Positions 17,046 to 27,391 are shown, counted from the first letter of the stretch. The stretch: DNA of 64,000 bases from Nitrospirota bacterium (GCA_035873375.1 JAYWMQ010000017.1:728-64727); one strand, 5' to 3'. The notes: generated from the sequence alone by a model not told the origin. Made by a program: numbers and translations.

Positions 17046-20000
17046 TTACTGCATAGGTTGCTGCAGTTGCACCTTGTGAAATCTCACGGTATCCTCTCCG
17101 GCAAACACAAGGTATCCCTCTACTGCTGAAACACCCTCTCTAAAACATTCCCGCACTATCTGCATATAATTACCGACCTGCTTTATATATCCCTCCAGGA
17201 GTGAGGTGTCATGACCTGTCTTGAAATCCATGACCCTTATTATCTCACCATCAAAGACGAGTAAGTCAACCCTGTACGGAGAGTCATTCTTTACAAAAGA
17301 CACCTCCGGCAACCGGACCTGCCCGTGTACGAGCTCAAGGAAAGTACTGTCATCAACAAGGCTTGACAGCCGCCTTTCAATGGAGATTATTGCACCCTCA
17401 TCCAACGATACATATCTCTGCCTGACCCTGTCAATTGATTCCGGTATTGAATCTGCAGAAAAATCCCCCAGCATCTCTACAGCATAATGAAATGCCTCTC
17501 CGAAAAGCCTGTCCCTGTATTCATCCGGGTTCTCTAAACTTCCATCATCATCCAGGGAGGGGCCCTCAATGCGGGAAGGCCCACCCTGGAGCATATCTTT
17601 CAGGGAGACTGTCGACCCGGCAAAGGAGACGGATCCAGTGGAGGGGGCATCTCTTTTAATTACAGTCGACTCCAACCCTTTTTCTTCATCAGGGAGTGAG
17701 CCGGCCCGGTATATGCTGCCTGCATCCTGCCCCCCGGTCTCCAAAACCCTGCAAAGAATATCAGACAAGTGCCGGGAGTCTGACACTTCTGGCTTCTCCG
17801 CAACCACCATAAGTCCATCCCTTGCCCTTGTCAGGGCAACATAGAGATAATTCAGGCGGTCCGTCCTTATCCTTGCCTCCTCCCGAACCCGTATGTCATT
17901 AAGCTCGGTAACAAGTGCGGCAATATTTTTGTTCTCGCTCAGGTACAGCCCCTTTACCGTCATATCTTCGTTATGGTCTATTATGATTGGCGTATTTCTG
18001 GCATCAAACGTCATCCTGATATCCAGTTCAGGCAGGATTACATATGGAAACTCAAGCCCCTTTGCCTTATGAATGGTCATGAGCCGCACGGACTTTTCCG
18101 AGACACCTGAGGGAATAAGGGCCTTTGTGGAGGAACGGCTATTCATAAATGCTATAAAATCCTCAATGCCTAACGGATCCGAAATCTCCTCTGAGGTCGC
18201 CATACCTGCAAGGCAGAGAAGGTTGGGATCGTAATTAAAGGCCCTGTGCAGGTCAAACTCCCAGATAATCTTCTCTACAAGCCTGTAAACAGGTATCAGA
18301 CCCGATACACTTTGCAGCCTGGAGAGTTTTTCTGAAAGGATAGGGGATATTGCAGAAAGATTATCCCGTTTATGAAAAAACTGCCTGATACCTCCCTCAT
18401 CAAGGAGACCCTCAACAGAGAAGAGGAAGCCAAAGAGATAGACTGCCTGCTGAGGGTCTGCAAGCCAGTTTAACAGGTTCATTACCGCCCTGACCGAAGG
18501 CTGCTCTAAAAGAGCCTCGGAGGATTCTGTCAGCACATCGTAGCCGCGGACTCTCAAAAACTCGGCATACTCCTCGCAGGTCCTGTTTTTCTGACAGAGC
18601 ACGGCTATATCGCCCGGAAGAACACCCCTGTTAAGAAGGGTTTCCACAAAAGAAAGCACTGTCTGCATCTTCAGGTCCGTGAAACAATCCATGTCTGAAG
18701 CTGCTCCCTTTTTCCTTGTGATAAACCTCACGTCAACGTATCCTTCCCGCTCGAGTGTGGATTCCTGCTCCTGATAGTCGTATCCGTATTGTGTTGCAAC
18801 ATCGTAAAAAACCCTGTTGACAAAATCCACGATAACCCTGCCGCTACGGAAGTTTCTCCTGAGGCTCCGGGCCTGCAGCTTTTCGGGATAATGGGAAAGT
18901 ACGGCATCAAAGAGCCTGCTCTCACCACCCCTGAACCTGTAAATAGACTGTTTTGGGTCACCAACATAGAAAAAAGACCCTACCCTCTCCTTCTGTCCCA
19001 TTCCCGAGGTCAGTTCATCTGCAACGGGTTTTAAAATCTTCCACTGAGTAATACTTGTATCCTGAAACTCATCGATCAGCAGGTGCTCGATCCGGCTGTC
19101 AAGGCGGAAGTAAAAATAATCGGGATTTTCATCGATCAGGGCATTACCGATGAGGAGGTTGTAACATATCCTCGTAACATCATTGAAGCTCAGGGCGTTG
19201 AGGCTCTGCTTCGTCCTGTCCGGGTATTGGAGAAACCTCAGGAAGAGGTAAAGGGTTATGCGCTGAAATATGCGGTTTTTATATCTGAAGGAATCCCTCA
19301 TCTCCTCCTTAAGCAGATCAAAGGAATCCTGTATCTCCGGTAAATACTCAAGGGAGGAAAAGTATTTGTAATCAGTGTACTGCTCCTTTGCAAGGCTCGT
19401 AAGGGCAGGCAGGTCTTTTATTCGGGATTCCTCATATTTTTTAAGTTCTGAAATCGCCCTCTTGCCCAGCTCCGGATAGAGACGCCTCATTCTTCCGGCA
19501 AGAGACGCTGCATCAGCCCTCACCTTCTTCTCAAGCCCTCTCAGCACATCAAACTCATCAAGCAGCCCTCTGACTTCCTGCTTCCGACTTCCCGCTTCCG
19601 ACTCCTGACTCCTGACTTCCTGCTCTCTCCCCTCGATCTCCGTCCTTATTGAAAGCATTTCCCTGAAATAACCATCAAGGACCCTGAATGGTGAAAGTTC
19701 AGCAGAACCGCTCAGCAGCACGAGGTTTTTAAGGAGCTGCCTCATGGAATCATCAGAATGAATCCCTGCAATAAACTCATCATAGGCCCTTCTGTAAATC
19801 CCGTCTTCTTCAGACTCTGTAATTATCCTGAAATCCGGCAATACTCCCGCCTCAAAGGGGAAGAGTCTGAGAACGGAGTTAAAAAAGCTGTCTATCGTAG
19901 AAACCCTCAGCCGTGAAATCTCCCTGACAACCCCTTCATATATGCTCCCCGCCTTTTTCCTTAGATACCTCAGAACCCCGGCACGCTCTTCTCCCACCCC

Positions 20001-20312
20001 TTGCTGCATCCAGTACTCTGCAAGCAGGAGAGCTTCTTCCCTTGGTGCCTGCAGGGCCCCCTGTCCACTATCCTCCGGAAGCTCATGTGCAAGGTATTTG
20101 AGGGTTTTGATTATCCGCTCATACATCTCATTGGTCGCCTTGTTTGTAAAGGTGAGGCAGAGTATCCTGTCAGGCTCAACGCCCGCTAAAAGCAGGTTCA
20201 CCACCCTGAGGCTCAGATTGAAGGTCTTGCCGCTTCCGGCAGATGCCTTAAGCGCTATGCTTTTCTCCGGGGAGAGTATATCGAGTGCGCCTCTATCCAT
20301 ATTCACCGGCAT
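17046..20312 (-). CDS. addA: UvrD/Rep-type helicase-nuclease, AddA-like (helicase plus C-terminal PD-(D/E)XK nuclease)
   Basis: 1088 aa. Walker A ASAGSGKT, DEFQDTS, and UvrD C-terminal motifs (TIHKAKGLEF, VALTRAR). The start overlaps the addB stop. Confidence 0.85.
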   Translation of the reverse strand: MPVNMDRGALDILSPEKSIALKASAGSGKTFNLSLRVVNLLLAGVEPDRILCLTFTNKATNEMYERIIKTLKYLAHELPEDSGQGALQAPREEALLLAEYWMQQGVGEERAGVLRYLRKKAGSIYEGVVREISRLRVSTIDSFFNSVLRLFPFEAGVLPDFRIITESEEDGIYRRAYDEFIAGIHSDDSMRQLLKNLVLLSGSAELSPFRVLDGYFREMLSIRTEIEGREQEVRSQESEAGSRKQEVRGLLDEFDVLRGLEKKVRADAASLAGRMRRLYPELGKRAISELKKYEESRIKDLPALTSLAKEQYTDYKYFSSLEYLPEIQDSFDLLKEEMRDSFRYKNRIFQRITLYLFLRFLQYPDRTKQSLNALSFNDVTRICYNLLIGNALIDENPDYFYFRLDSRIEHLLIDEFQDTSITQWKILKPVADELTSGMGQKERVGSFFYVGDPKQSIYRFRGGESRLFDAVLSHYPEKLQARSLRRNFRSGRVIVDFVNRVFYDVATQYGYDYQEQESTLEREGYVDVRFITRKKGAASDMDCFTDLKMQTVLSFVETLLNRGVLPGDIAVLCQKNRTCEEYAEFLRVRGYDVLTESSEALLEQPSVRAVMNLLNWLADPQQAVYLFGFLFSVEGLLDEGGIRQFFHKRDNLSAISPILSEKLSRLQSVSGLIPVYRLVEKIIWEFDLHRAFNYDPNLLCLAGMATSEEISDPLGIEDFIAFMNSRSSTKALIPSGVSEKSVRLMTIHKAKGLEFPYVILPELDIRMTFDARNTPIIIDHNEDMTVKGLYLSENKNIAALVTELNDIRVREEARIRTDRLNYLYVALTRARDGLMVVAEKPEVSDSRHLSDILCRVLETGGQDAGSIYRAGSLPDEEKGLESTVIKRDAPSTGSVSFAGSTVSLKDMLQGGPSRIEGPSLDDDGSLENPDEYRDRLFGEAFHYAVEMLGDFSADSIPESIDRVRQRYVSLDEGAIISIERRLSSLVDDSTFLELVHGQVRLPEVSFVKNDSPYRVDLLVFDGEIIRVMDFKTGHDTSLLEGYIKQVGNYMQIVRECFREGVSAVEGYLVFAGEDTVRFHKVQLQQPMQ
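19570..19625 (-). repeat. eight tandem degenerate heptanucleotides (coding-strand RAGYSRG, e.g. AAGTCAG) inside addA
   Basis: Plus strand reads CTGACTT CCTGCTT CCGACTT CCCGCTT CCGACTC CTGACTC CTGACTT CCTGCTC. It encodes EQEVRSQESEAGSRKQEVR. CTGACTTCCTGC occurs twice, 42 bp apart. Confidence 0.75.
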
Positions 20313-23116
20313 ATATCCGTATAAGAGCAGTACCTGCAGTTCTTTTCCTGAGCTGTCTTCTCAAACCCCTGCTCCCTGTCTCTCAATTCCATTACAAGCC
20401 CCTCGATATGTCCTGCGAACTCCCCGTCCGTCAGATCTTCAAAGACCCTCCTGAGCCGAAAGCTCCTCTTCAGGTCATAGTATGCAAGGCCCTCCACGTC
20501 CATTCCCTTAATCGTCTCCCTGAGCATAAGGCGGTAAAGCGGGAGCTGAAACTCCTTGAAATTTTCATCCAGGACCGTCCTGTCCCTGACGTTTATCTCG
20601 GAGAGCTTGTAATCAATAATAAGACCCCTGGTGCGCGCGGACTCAGCAGGGCCCTGAAAGATGTCAACCCTGTCTATCTTTCCCCTGAACCTCATCCCTT
20701 TCAGTTTCATGGAAACAGGAAACTCAAGATATGCCGGCATCCATCCTGCTTCAAATACCCCCTTCTCTGAGTCCACAAAATCCCTCAGCTTCTCAATAAA
20801 TACCTCGATCTCAAGCCTTGCATGATGGCTTTTTCTGAATATATCGTAACTTGCTGCCTCTCTGAGGACCTCGCTTTTCAGCTCACTTGTCAGTTTCTCA
20901 CAGGAAATGGCAGGGGAATCGGATGGCTGGGGGGTAAAGAGACCGGCCTGACTTCCGTCTTCAGACTTCTGTTTTCTGATTCCTGTCTTCTGACTTCTGT
21001 CCTGTAGAGAGGACCCAAAGAGCCTGCTGTAGACATTTTTTATCGCACTATGAAAGATATTGCCGACATCGACCCTCTGCAACTCCTCTGATATCTCCTC
21101 CTTCTCCCTGAGCTTCCTTATGTATTTCAGATAGAATCTGAACTTGCACTCCCTGTATGTCCTGAGAGACGTAGGGGTCAGCTCCATCGTCTCAATCAGC
21201 CTCAGGACTCGGCTGTCCTTTACCGGAACAAAAGACTTCGCCTGGATAGAGACAGTCGGCAATGAAGGAGCCACTTTCCCGGCACTGTATGACGAGGTTG
21301 TCTCGAATTGCCCCCCTCCGCGCTGTATTGCTATCTCTTCAATGAACCTGCTCTTCGGCCTCCTCCCCTCAGAGCCGGCATAACTTAAAAAGACCGCCCT
21401 TGCCTTTTTCAGGAGACCGTTAAAATACGTCCTGCTTAATTCCTCCCTGTCAAGGAAGGTCGGCAGTCCCACCCGCTTTCTTATCTCTGTATTCAGGAAC
21501 ATATCCTTTTCACTTGCCGGTGGCATGAACTCTTCGTTCATATCAGGGATAATGACAGCCTTGAATCCCAGTGCCCTCGTTTCAAGCATACCCATCACTG
21601 TAACAGGCCCACCCCACGTATGAGGATAGGTGACACTCTTGATGTATTCGTTCAGATAGACGAGATGCCCCAGAGGAGACCCCTTGGGCCAGAAGACCTC
21701 ATATGGAAGCATGCCGAGCATGATCAACCTTTCAAAAAAGACCTTGCACGCACCCACAAACTCGGGACTCTCCCGGATCTTCTCAATCAATGAGGAGTTC
21801 CTCTCCATTATCCATCCCATGAACTCCCTGATACGGCTGCTGAACTCCTTAAAACCCGTCTTCCTGCTGAATATCCCTTCAATCTCCTGAAAAACCTCTT
21901 TAAGTTCCCCTGTCATGCATAACTCCTCCGGGCCGACAAAGAGCCTGTTCCTCCTCTTTACATCCCTTACAAAGAGCTCATAGCCCTCACCTGCAAGTCC
22001 CCGTACAAAGGGATGGCTCAGAAAGTTCAAGGCAGCCCGTGTGTCATAAGTGCCCCTCTCGTCACACGAGGTGAGCATTGTCTCAAGGGATTTCAGGAAT
22101 GAGTAGAAGACCGTATCTCTCATCTCAAAACCCATTGCAAAGTTTAGTATACCGTCTCTGTCAAAGGCATGAAGGGTCCTTTTTAATCCATCGTCAGGAA
22201 GAACCACAACCGTCTCCTCAGGGCTTATACCCATACCGATTGACTTCCTGATGGAGTCCATTATAAACCCGGTCTGTTCCTCGGGAAGTGAAAACTCTTC
22301 AACCTCAATAAAGGCAGGGTAGGGGGCTACGGGTATTTCAGGAGGCAAAGAGGCCTCCCCGGCAAGGGTCCGGGATATCCTCTTTATCTCGCTATCCGCA
22401 ACACCTTCATAATGGAGAAACACCTTTATATCCACCACATCCGAGGCCTTTTCCATGAGTCTCAATTCAAAACTGCTGAGCCTGCCGGCAATAAGGATAT
22501 AAATCTTTTTGAACCTTTTTAAGAAGGTGGGGCTATAGAATCGTGACATCCCTGAAGAGAGGAAGTCTCCTTTGAGAAACATCAGATCAATGAGGCCGTT
22601 TCGCTTTAATATATCCCTGTAAATGGATGCAATCTCTTCAAGTATCATCACATCCTTTTCGTAATCCGTGTACAGGGCGTTTATCCTGAGGTCTTCAAAC
22701 CCGACCCCCTCGGCAAAGACCTCTTCATAGAATCTCAGCAGCCTCCTGCCGACAGAGGCAAACCTCATGAAGTCTTCATAATACCTCGCATGCTCCCTTC
22801 CAAAGAGCCTCAGGAGATTCTCTGTATCAAGCCCTCTGACAGCCTTTTGCAGATAAAGAAGCCTCAGTTCATCCGGAACAACCCCTGAGCCGCCTGAGTC
22901 AAGACATCTGAGGGCAAACTCCTTCATCTCAAAGCAATATGGCAGGACAACGGGAACTGAAGAGTCGTTGCTTATTAAATGGATGAGGTGCCTGATAGAC
23001 CTTGTTGTCGGCATAACAACGGCAGACTCGAACGGGGGAAACGGCTCTTCCTTCAAATGCATCAAGAGGTATCGTACGGGCAGTTCCTTTAAGGGAAGAC
23101 TCTCTATCTCGATCAT
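20303..23116 (-). CDS. addB: AddB-like PD-(D/E)XK nuclease subunit with C-terminal Fe-S Cys cluster
   Basis: 937 aa. It sits directly upstream of and overlaps addA. It has a degenerate helicase-like N-terminus, a C-terminal nuclease region, and a CRYCSYTDIC motif. Confidence 0.8.
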   Translation of the reverse strand: MIEIESLPLKELPVRYLLMHLKEEPFPPFESAVVMPTTRSIRHLIHLISNDSSVPVVLPYCFEMKEFALRCLDSGGSGVVPDELRLLYLQKAVRGLDTENLLRLFGREHARYYEDFMRFASVGRRLLRFYEEVFAEGVGFEDLRINALYTDYEKDVMILEEIASIYRDILKRNGLIDLMFLKGDFLSSGMSRFYSPTFLKRFKKIYILIAGRLSSFELRLMEKASDVVDIKVFLHYEGVADSEIKRISRTLAGEASLPPEIPVAPYPAFIEVEEFSLPEEQTGFIMDSIRKSIGMGISPEETVVVLPDDGLKRTLHAFDRDGILNFAMGFEMRDTVFYSFLKSLETMLTSCDERGTYDTRAALNFLSHPFVRGLAGEGYELFVRDVKRRNRLFVGPEELCMTGELKEVFQEIEGIFSRKTGFKEFSSRIREFMGWIMERNSSLIEKIRESPEFVGACKVFFERLIMLGMLPYEVFWPKGSPLGHLVYLNEYIKSVTYPHTWGGPVTVMGMLETRALGFKAVIIPDMNEEFMPPASEKDMFLNTEIRKRVGLPTFLDREELSRTYFNGLLKKARAVFLSYAGSEGRRPKSRFIEEIAIQRGGGQFETTSSYSAGKVAPSLPTVSIQAKSFVPVKDSRVLRLIETMELTPTSLRTYRECKFRFYLKYIRKLREKEEISEELQRVDVGNIFHSAIKNVYSRLFGSSLQDRSQKTGIRKQKSEDGSQAGLFTPQPSDSPAISCEKLTSELKSEVLREAASYDIFRKSHHARLEIEVFIEKLRDFVDSEKGVFEAGWMPAYLEFPVSMKLKGMRFRGKIDRVDIFQGPAESARTRGLIIDYKLSEINVRDRTVLDENFKEFQLPLYRLMLRETIKGMDVEGLAYYDLKRSFRLRRVFEDLTDGEFAGHIEGLVMELRDREQGFEKTAQEKNCRYCSYTDICR
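20948..21003 (-). repeat. eight tandem degenerate heptanucleotides (coding-strand AAGNCAG) inside addB
   Basis: Plus strand reads CTGACTT CCGTCTT CAGACTT CTGTTTT CTGATTC CTGTCTT CTGACTT CTGTCCT. It encodes QDRSQKTGIRKQKSEDGSQ. Same unit family as the tract in addA. Confidence 0.75.
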
Positions 23117-23421
23117 TACTCTGGATTACACAACTCTGGATTACAGAAGGGCATCTCCTCAAGCCCCTCTATCTCGACGACCTTGTTTTTGGAGGTCTCT
23201 CCCCTGAGGATATGAATTGCACCCTTTTTGATGCTGAAAAACTTTGAAAGCACTTCTATGAGCTGCCTGTTGGCAGCTCCGTCCACAGGGGCTGATGTGA
23301 GCTTTACCTTAAGGGCATCACCCAACGCACCGACTACCCCGGCCCTTGAGGAACGGGGCTCAACACGGATATTCAGGACTATCCCTTTTTTGCTCTTTCT
23401 GAAAGGAAGATTATTGCCCAT
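23116..23421 (-). CDS. DUF167 / YggU-family protein
   Basis: 101 aa. VEPRSSRAGVVG...LKVKLTSAPVDGAANRQLIEVLSKFF is the YggU signature. Its stop overlaps the addB start (TAATG). Confidence 0.85.
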   Translation of the reverse strand: MGNNLPFRKSKKGIVLNIRVEPRSSRAGVVGALGDALKVKLTSAPVDGAANRQLIEVLSKFFSIKKGAIHILRGETSKNKVVEIEGLEEMPFCNPELCNPE

Positions 23422-23430
23422 GCACCTGTT

Positions 23431-24771
23431 TTACCGGTTTTTCCTGAGGCCTTTTGAGACCATAGAATCGATTAAACCAACATTAGCCTTTATCCACCGC
23501 GAATCCCACCAGTATAAAGGAGAGACCTCGATTCCCTGGACAAGGATTCCGAAATGAAGGTGGTCTCCACCTGCAAGACCGCTTGATCCCGTCCTTGCAA
23601 TCAACTCTCCTTTTTTGACCGGTTGTCCCTCCTTTACCAGGATTTCAGACAGATGTCCATACAGACTCATCAACCCGAGTCCATGGTCTATTATCACGGT
23701 GTTTCCATATATGCCAAGGTCGCCTGCAAATTTCACAATACCTGAATTTGCCGCCTTAACCGGGGCATTTGAGACCGAGGCAAGGTCATACCCAAGATGT
23801 ACGCTCCGGCTGACAGGTTTTCCCTTATACAGGTATTCCCTGCGATCGCCATATGCAGCCATAACCTTGCTGTTCTTTAACTGCAGGAAACGCCCCTTCC
23901 AGAGCATCCGGGGTTCAGATTTCCGGCCTATTTCGCCAAGCCTTTTGACGTCCCTGTCTCTCCATTCCCCGTTGACCTTGAGGAAGGCGCTGACCGGATC
24001 GGGGAGCTCGGATTCATTAAACAATGGATAAACCACACGGTTTATAAAATCATCACTTATCCTGATGGATGACCTCCTGAAGGTCTTTTTCTTTACCTTT
24101 GCAGGCAGGGTCCTTATGGTCTGATTTCCGGCATGGTCCCGGGCTACCGCATAAAAGACCGCCTTGTCTTTTATATCAAAAGGAACAGGAAAGAAAACAA
24201 CATAATCACTGTCTGACCCGTCAGAAGTTTTGTATGCCTTAAATGGCTCTCCATCATCAATCCTTATGAAGACGGAATCAGCCCCCTCTGCCATGAGCAG
24301 GGCAACCGTGCCCATGCCCTGGTAAACCACCGACGGGGCATTCACTACCCTGAGTTTTGGAGCCACTGTATCAATCAAGGCATCTATCTTATACTCCACT
24401 TTCTTTAAAATCCCCGACTTTGCACGTACTGTAATAACTGCAGGGCCGTCCCTGAGCCCCAGGTCCTTTGGTTTTATCTGCAGTATGTAAGTCTTCTCCA
24501 TAACTGCAGGCTCATCCTGCAACAATTCCACGGATTTCAGGTCCTGGGTAACAGAGACCTCGATGGATTTCAGGTTTTTACCATGAACCGTTATGGTTTT
24601 GTCAGCAGGCAGGAGCTTAAAGGCATCTATCCCCGCTACCACTGGGGGTGGGATAAGAAATAGTTTATATGCCGTGTAAGAGAGAACAAGTATGATAAAT
24701 GGGAGCAGCAGAATCACGGCCAGTTTCTTGATCCTGCTCCCCTTCTTTTTCTGATATCCAAAACCGTTCAA
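23431..24771 (-). CDS. M23-family peptidoglycan metalloendopeptidase (membrane anchored)
   Basis: 446 aa. N-terminal TM helix and a C-terminal LytM domain with HLGYDLAS and GDHLHFG metal ligands. Confidence 0.88.
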   Translation of the reverse strand: MNGFGYQKKKGSRIKKLAVILLLPFIILVLSYTAYKLFLIPPPVVAGIDAFKLLPADKTITVHGKNLKSIEVSVTQDLKSVELLQDEPAVMEKTYILQIKPKDLGLRDGPAVITVRAKSGILKKVEYKIDALIDTVAPKLRVVNAPSVVYQGMGTVALLMAEGADSVFIRIDDGEPFKAYKTSDGSDSDYVVFFPVPFDIKDKAVFYAVARDHAGNQTIRTLPAKVKKKTFRRSSIRISDDFINRVVYPLFNESELPDPVSAFLKVNGEWRDRDVKRLGEIGRKSEPRMLWKGRFLQLKNSKVMAAYGDRREYLYKGKPVSRSVHLGYDLASVSNAPVKAANSGIVKFAGDLGIYGNTVIIDHGLGLMSLYGHLSEILVKEGQPVKKGELIARTGSSGLAGGDHLHFGILVQGIEVSPLYWWDSRWIKANVGLIDSMVSKGLRKNR

Positions 24772-24887
24772 AAACTCCCTCCTTCTTTAAGGTTTTATTA
24801 CTCTGTAATCTTTAATTATAATACCTTGGAGTTACTAAAGCAAAGGTGATGTAACAATTTAACCATCGGCACAAGGGAGCTTTTAAA

Positions 24888-25436
24888 ATGGTCTGTCCAT
24901 CGTGGCTGTCGTTTATGCTGTATAACCCTGCCAGGAAGGCGCTGACCAACAGGGAGAAAGTCCTGAAGGAATCCGGCATAACCGGGGAGAGCGTTGTCCT
25001 TGAGGTGGGTGCAGGAAACGGCTTTTTTACCGAGATGCTTGCCCGGACGGCAAAGAAGGTGTATGCCGTTGAACTGCAGGCGGGGATGCTGGAGAAACTG
25101 AAAAAGCGTATTGCCGGGTGTGCCGGAAAAGTAGAGGTACTGCACGGGAACGTCTCGGATATTGATCTTCCGGATGCGTTTGCTGATGTGGCCTTTATTT
25201 ATTATGCCTTCCACGAAATAGAGAGGAAACCGGAAGGCGTAAGAAAAATTGCACGGGCCGTTAAGGTCAACGGCATCCTCTCCATCTATGAGCCTGCAAT
25301 TGAGGTTGGAAGGGAGGCAATGGACAAGACCCGTGATGCCTTTGAGTCAGCGGGGTTCAGGACTGAAGTACGAAGAGACACGCTGTTTACCAGGTTTCTG
25401 CGTATGAGGAAAGAAGGGGGGAAATCCAGCCGCTAA
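24888..25436 (+). CDS. class I SAM-dependent methyltransferase
   Basis: 182 aa. Motif I is VLEVGAGNGFFT. Confidence 0.8.
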   Translation: MVCPSWLSFMLYNPARKALTNREKVLKESGITGESVVLEVGAGNGFFTEMLARTAKKVYAVELQAGMLEKLKKRIAGCAGKVEVLHGNVSDIDLPDAFADVAFIYYAFHEIERKPEGVRKIARAVKVNGILSIYEPAIEVGREAMDKTRDAFESAGFRTEVRRDTLFTRFLRMRKEGGKSSR

Positions 25437-27148
25437 AGATATCCCTCTGTAACATAACGGCGCATCATCCGGTGAGTATTGAAATAGTATGCAAGCTTTC
25501 CTATGGCATGCTGCATCATCCGTATCCAGCCGTCACGATCATTATAGTAAAGAGGAATAATCTCATGTTCAAGCTTGTTGTAAAGGTCCTCTGAGTCCCT
25601 TCTGTCTGCAGCGTTCTCATCAGGAACCAACTCCGAGGGTGCTGCCCCTATGGACCAGCCTGTATATCCCTCAATGTATCCCTCAATCCACCAGCCATCA
25701 AGGACACTGAAGTTCAACACCCCGTTATGGGCTGCCTTCATACCACTCGTCCCGGATGCCTCCAGGGGTCTTAAGGGGGTATTAAGCCATACATCCACCC
25801 CTGAAACCATCCTGAGTGCAATATCCATGTTGTAATTTTTCAGATAGGCAATCTTTAAATCGTCCCGAAGTTGTCCGATATAGGAAAATATCCTCTCTAT
25901 CGCCTTCTTTCCCGGTTCATCCTGAGGGTGTGCCTTGCCGGCATAAATGATCTGTACCTTCCCGCCGGCAATCTTTTTCAGTCTTTCAATATCCCTGAAG
26001 AGCAGGTCGCCCCTCTTGTAAGCTGTCGCCCTTCTTGCAAACCCAATGGTCAGGGTATCATGATCCATGCCCGTTCCGGTCGTTTCATTAACATAATCTA
26101 TCAAATTCTTTTTCGCATCCATGTGGGCCTGCCATATCTCTTCATGTGGTATCTTTTCAACACGAACAAGCAGCTCCGGCTCATTGGCCCAGCCGGGAAA
26201 GTAGCGGTCAAACAGTCTCTTAAAGCTGTTCGATGTCCAGGTGAAGGAATGGACGCCGTTAGTGATCGCGTGTATCTCATATCCGGGAAACATAATCCGC
26301 GAGACATCCCGGTGCTTCTTTGCAACACCGTTTACATAATCACTGAGATTAAGGGCAAGGAGGGTCATGTTGAGGTTTTCCTCCTCTCCGCCAAGCTCCC
26401 TGAGTATGTCAAGTGGAATAAAGTCACCAAGACACTTTTCCACCAGGTCAAAAGAAAACCTGTCATGTCCTGCCTCAATCGGGGTATGCGTGGTAAAGAC
26501 ACACATTTCCCTTACCTTCTCTGTATCCCAGACCAGCTTTTCATCCCAGACCTCCTCTATACTCCTCCTGTACCGTCTGAGAAGATCAAGGGTAAGAAAG
26601 GCTGAGTGTCCTTCATTCATGTGATACTTTTTTATCTCAAAACCAAGGGCACTTATCAGCCTGACCCCGCCTATGCCAAGGACTATCTCCTGCTTTATCC
26701 TGTATAAGCGGTCGCCCCCGTAAAGATAATCCGTTATTGTCCTGTCCTCAGGGCTGTTTTCCTCTATATCGGTATCAAGGAAGAGGACGGGCACCCTGCC
26801 ACCAACTATACTCTCCACAATATAGAGCCAGGCCCTGACAAAAACCTCTCGGCCTTCTATCTCAACTGTCACCTTTTCCGGCAGCAGCTGCATGAAGTCA
26901 GATGGGTTCCACTCCGAGGGGTACTCAACCTGCCTGCCCTCCGGTGTAATATCCTGCTCAAAAAAACCTTTCCTGCTCAATAGGGTTACAGCAATCAGAG
27001 GCAGTTTCAGGTCCGCAGAAGACTTGATGGTGTCGCCTGCAAGCACACCCAGACCACCACTGTAAGTGGGCATCTCCCTGCGAAGACCTATCTCCATTGA
27101 GAAGTAGGCTATCTTGGGCTCATCTAAGAAATCTGTAAGTATTGACAT
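25433..27148 (-). CDS. glgP: alpha-glucan (glycogen/maltodextrin) phosphorylase, short GT35 form
   Basis: 571 aa. N-terminal YFSMEIG...GGLGVLAGD and the PLP-lysine block EASGTSGMKAAHNG. Confidence 0.92.
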   Translation of the reverse strand: MSILTDFLDEPKIAYFSMEIGLRREMPTYSGGLGVLAGDTIKSSADLKLPLIAVTLLSRKGFFEQDITPEGRQVEYPSEWNPSDFMQLLPEKVTVEIEGREVFVRAWLYIVESIVGGRVPVLFLDTDIEENSPEDRTITDYLYGGDRLYRIKQEIVLGIGGVRLISALGFEIKKYHMNEGHSAFLTLDLLRRYRRSIEEVWDEKLVWDTEKVREMCVFTTHTPIEAGHDRFSFDLVEKCLGDFIPLDILRELGGEEENLNMTLLALNLSDYVNGVAKKHRDVSRIMFPGYEIHAITNGVHSFTWTSNSFKRLFDRYFPGWANEPELLVRVEKIPHEEIWQAHMDAKKNLIDYVNETTGTGMDHDTLTIGFARRATAYKRGDLLFRDIERLKKIAGGKVQIIYAGKAHPQDEPGKKAIERIFSYIGQLRDDLKIAYLKNYNMDIALRMVSGVDVWLNTPLRPLEASGTSGMKAAHNGVLNFSVLDGWWIEGYIEGYTGWSIGAAPSELVPDENAADRRDSEDLYNKLEHEIIPLYYNDRDGWIRMMQHAIGKLAYYFNTHRMMRRYVTEGYL

Positions 27149-27391
27149 GACGTCATATTATAGCCCAAAAACCTCACATTTATGCAACATTGGTTTGACC
27201 CCACCCTCCTTTTCTTGACATTTTCTTACATTTTTGTTTTAAAATAGGAAAATACTGCTACGGCAATTTTATGCCGACCTCATACAAAAGCAGGGCCCAA
27301 ATCATAACGTGATTCTATTACGGATACTTCACAGCTATGAACAACTTCACTACGTTCCCTTTGATGCAGAAGAAACACAGATAACAAAGAA

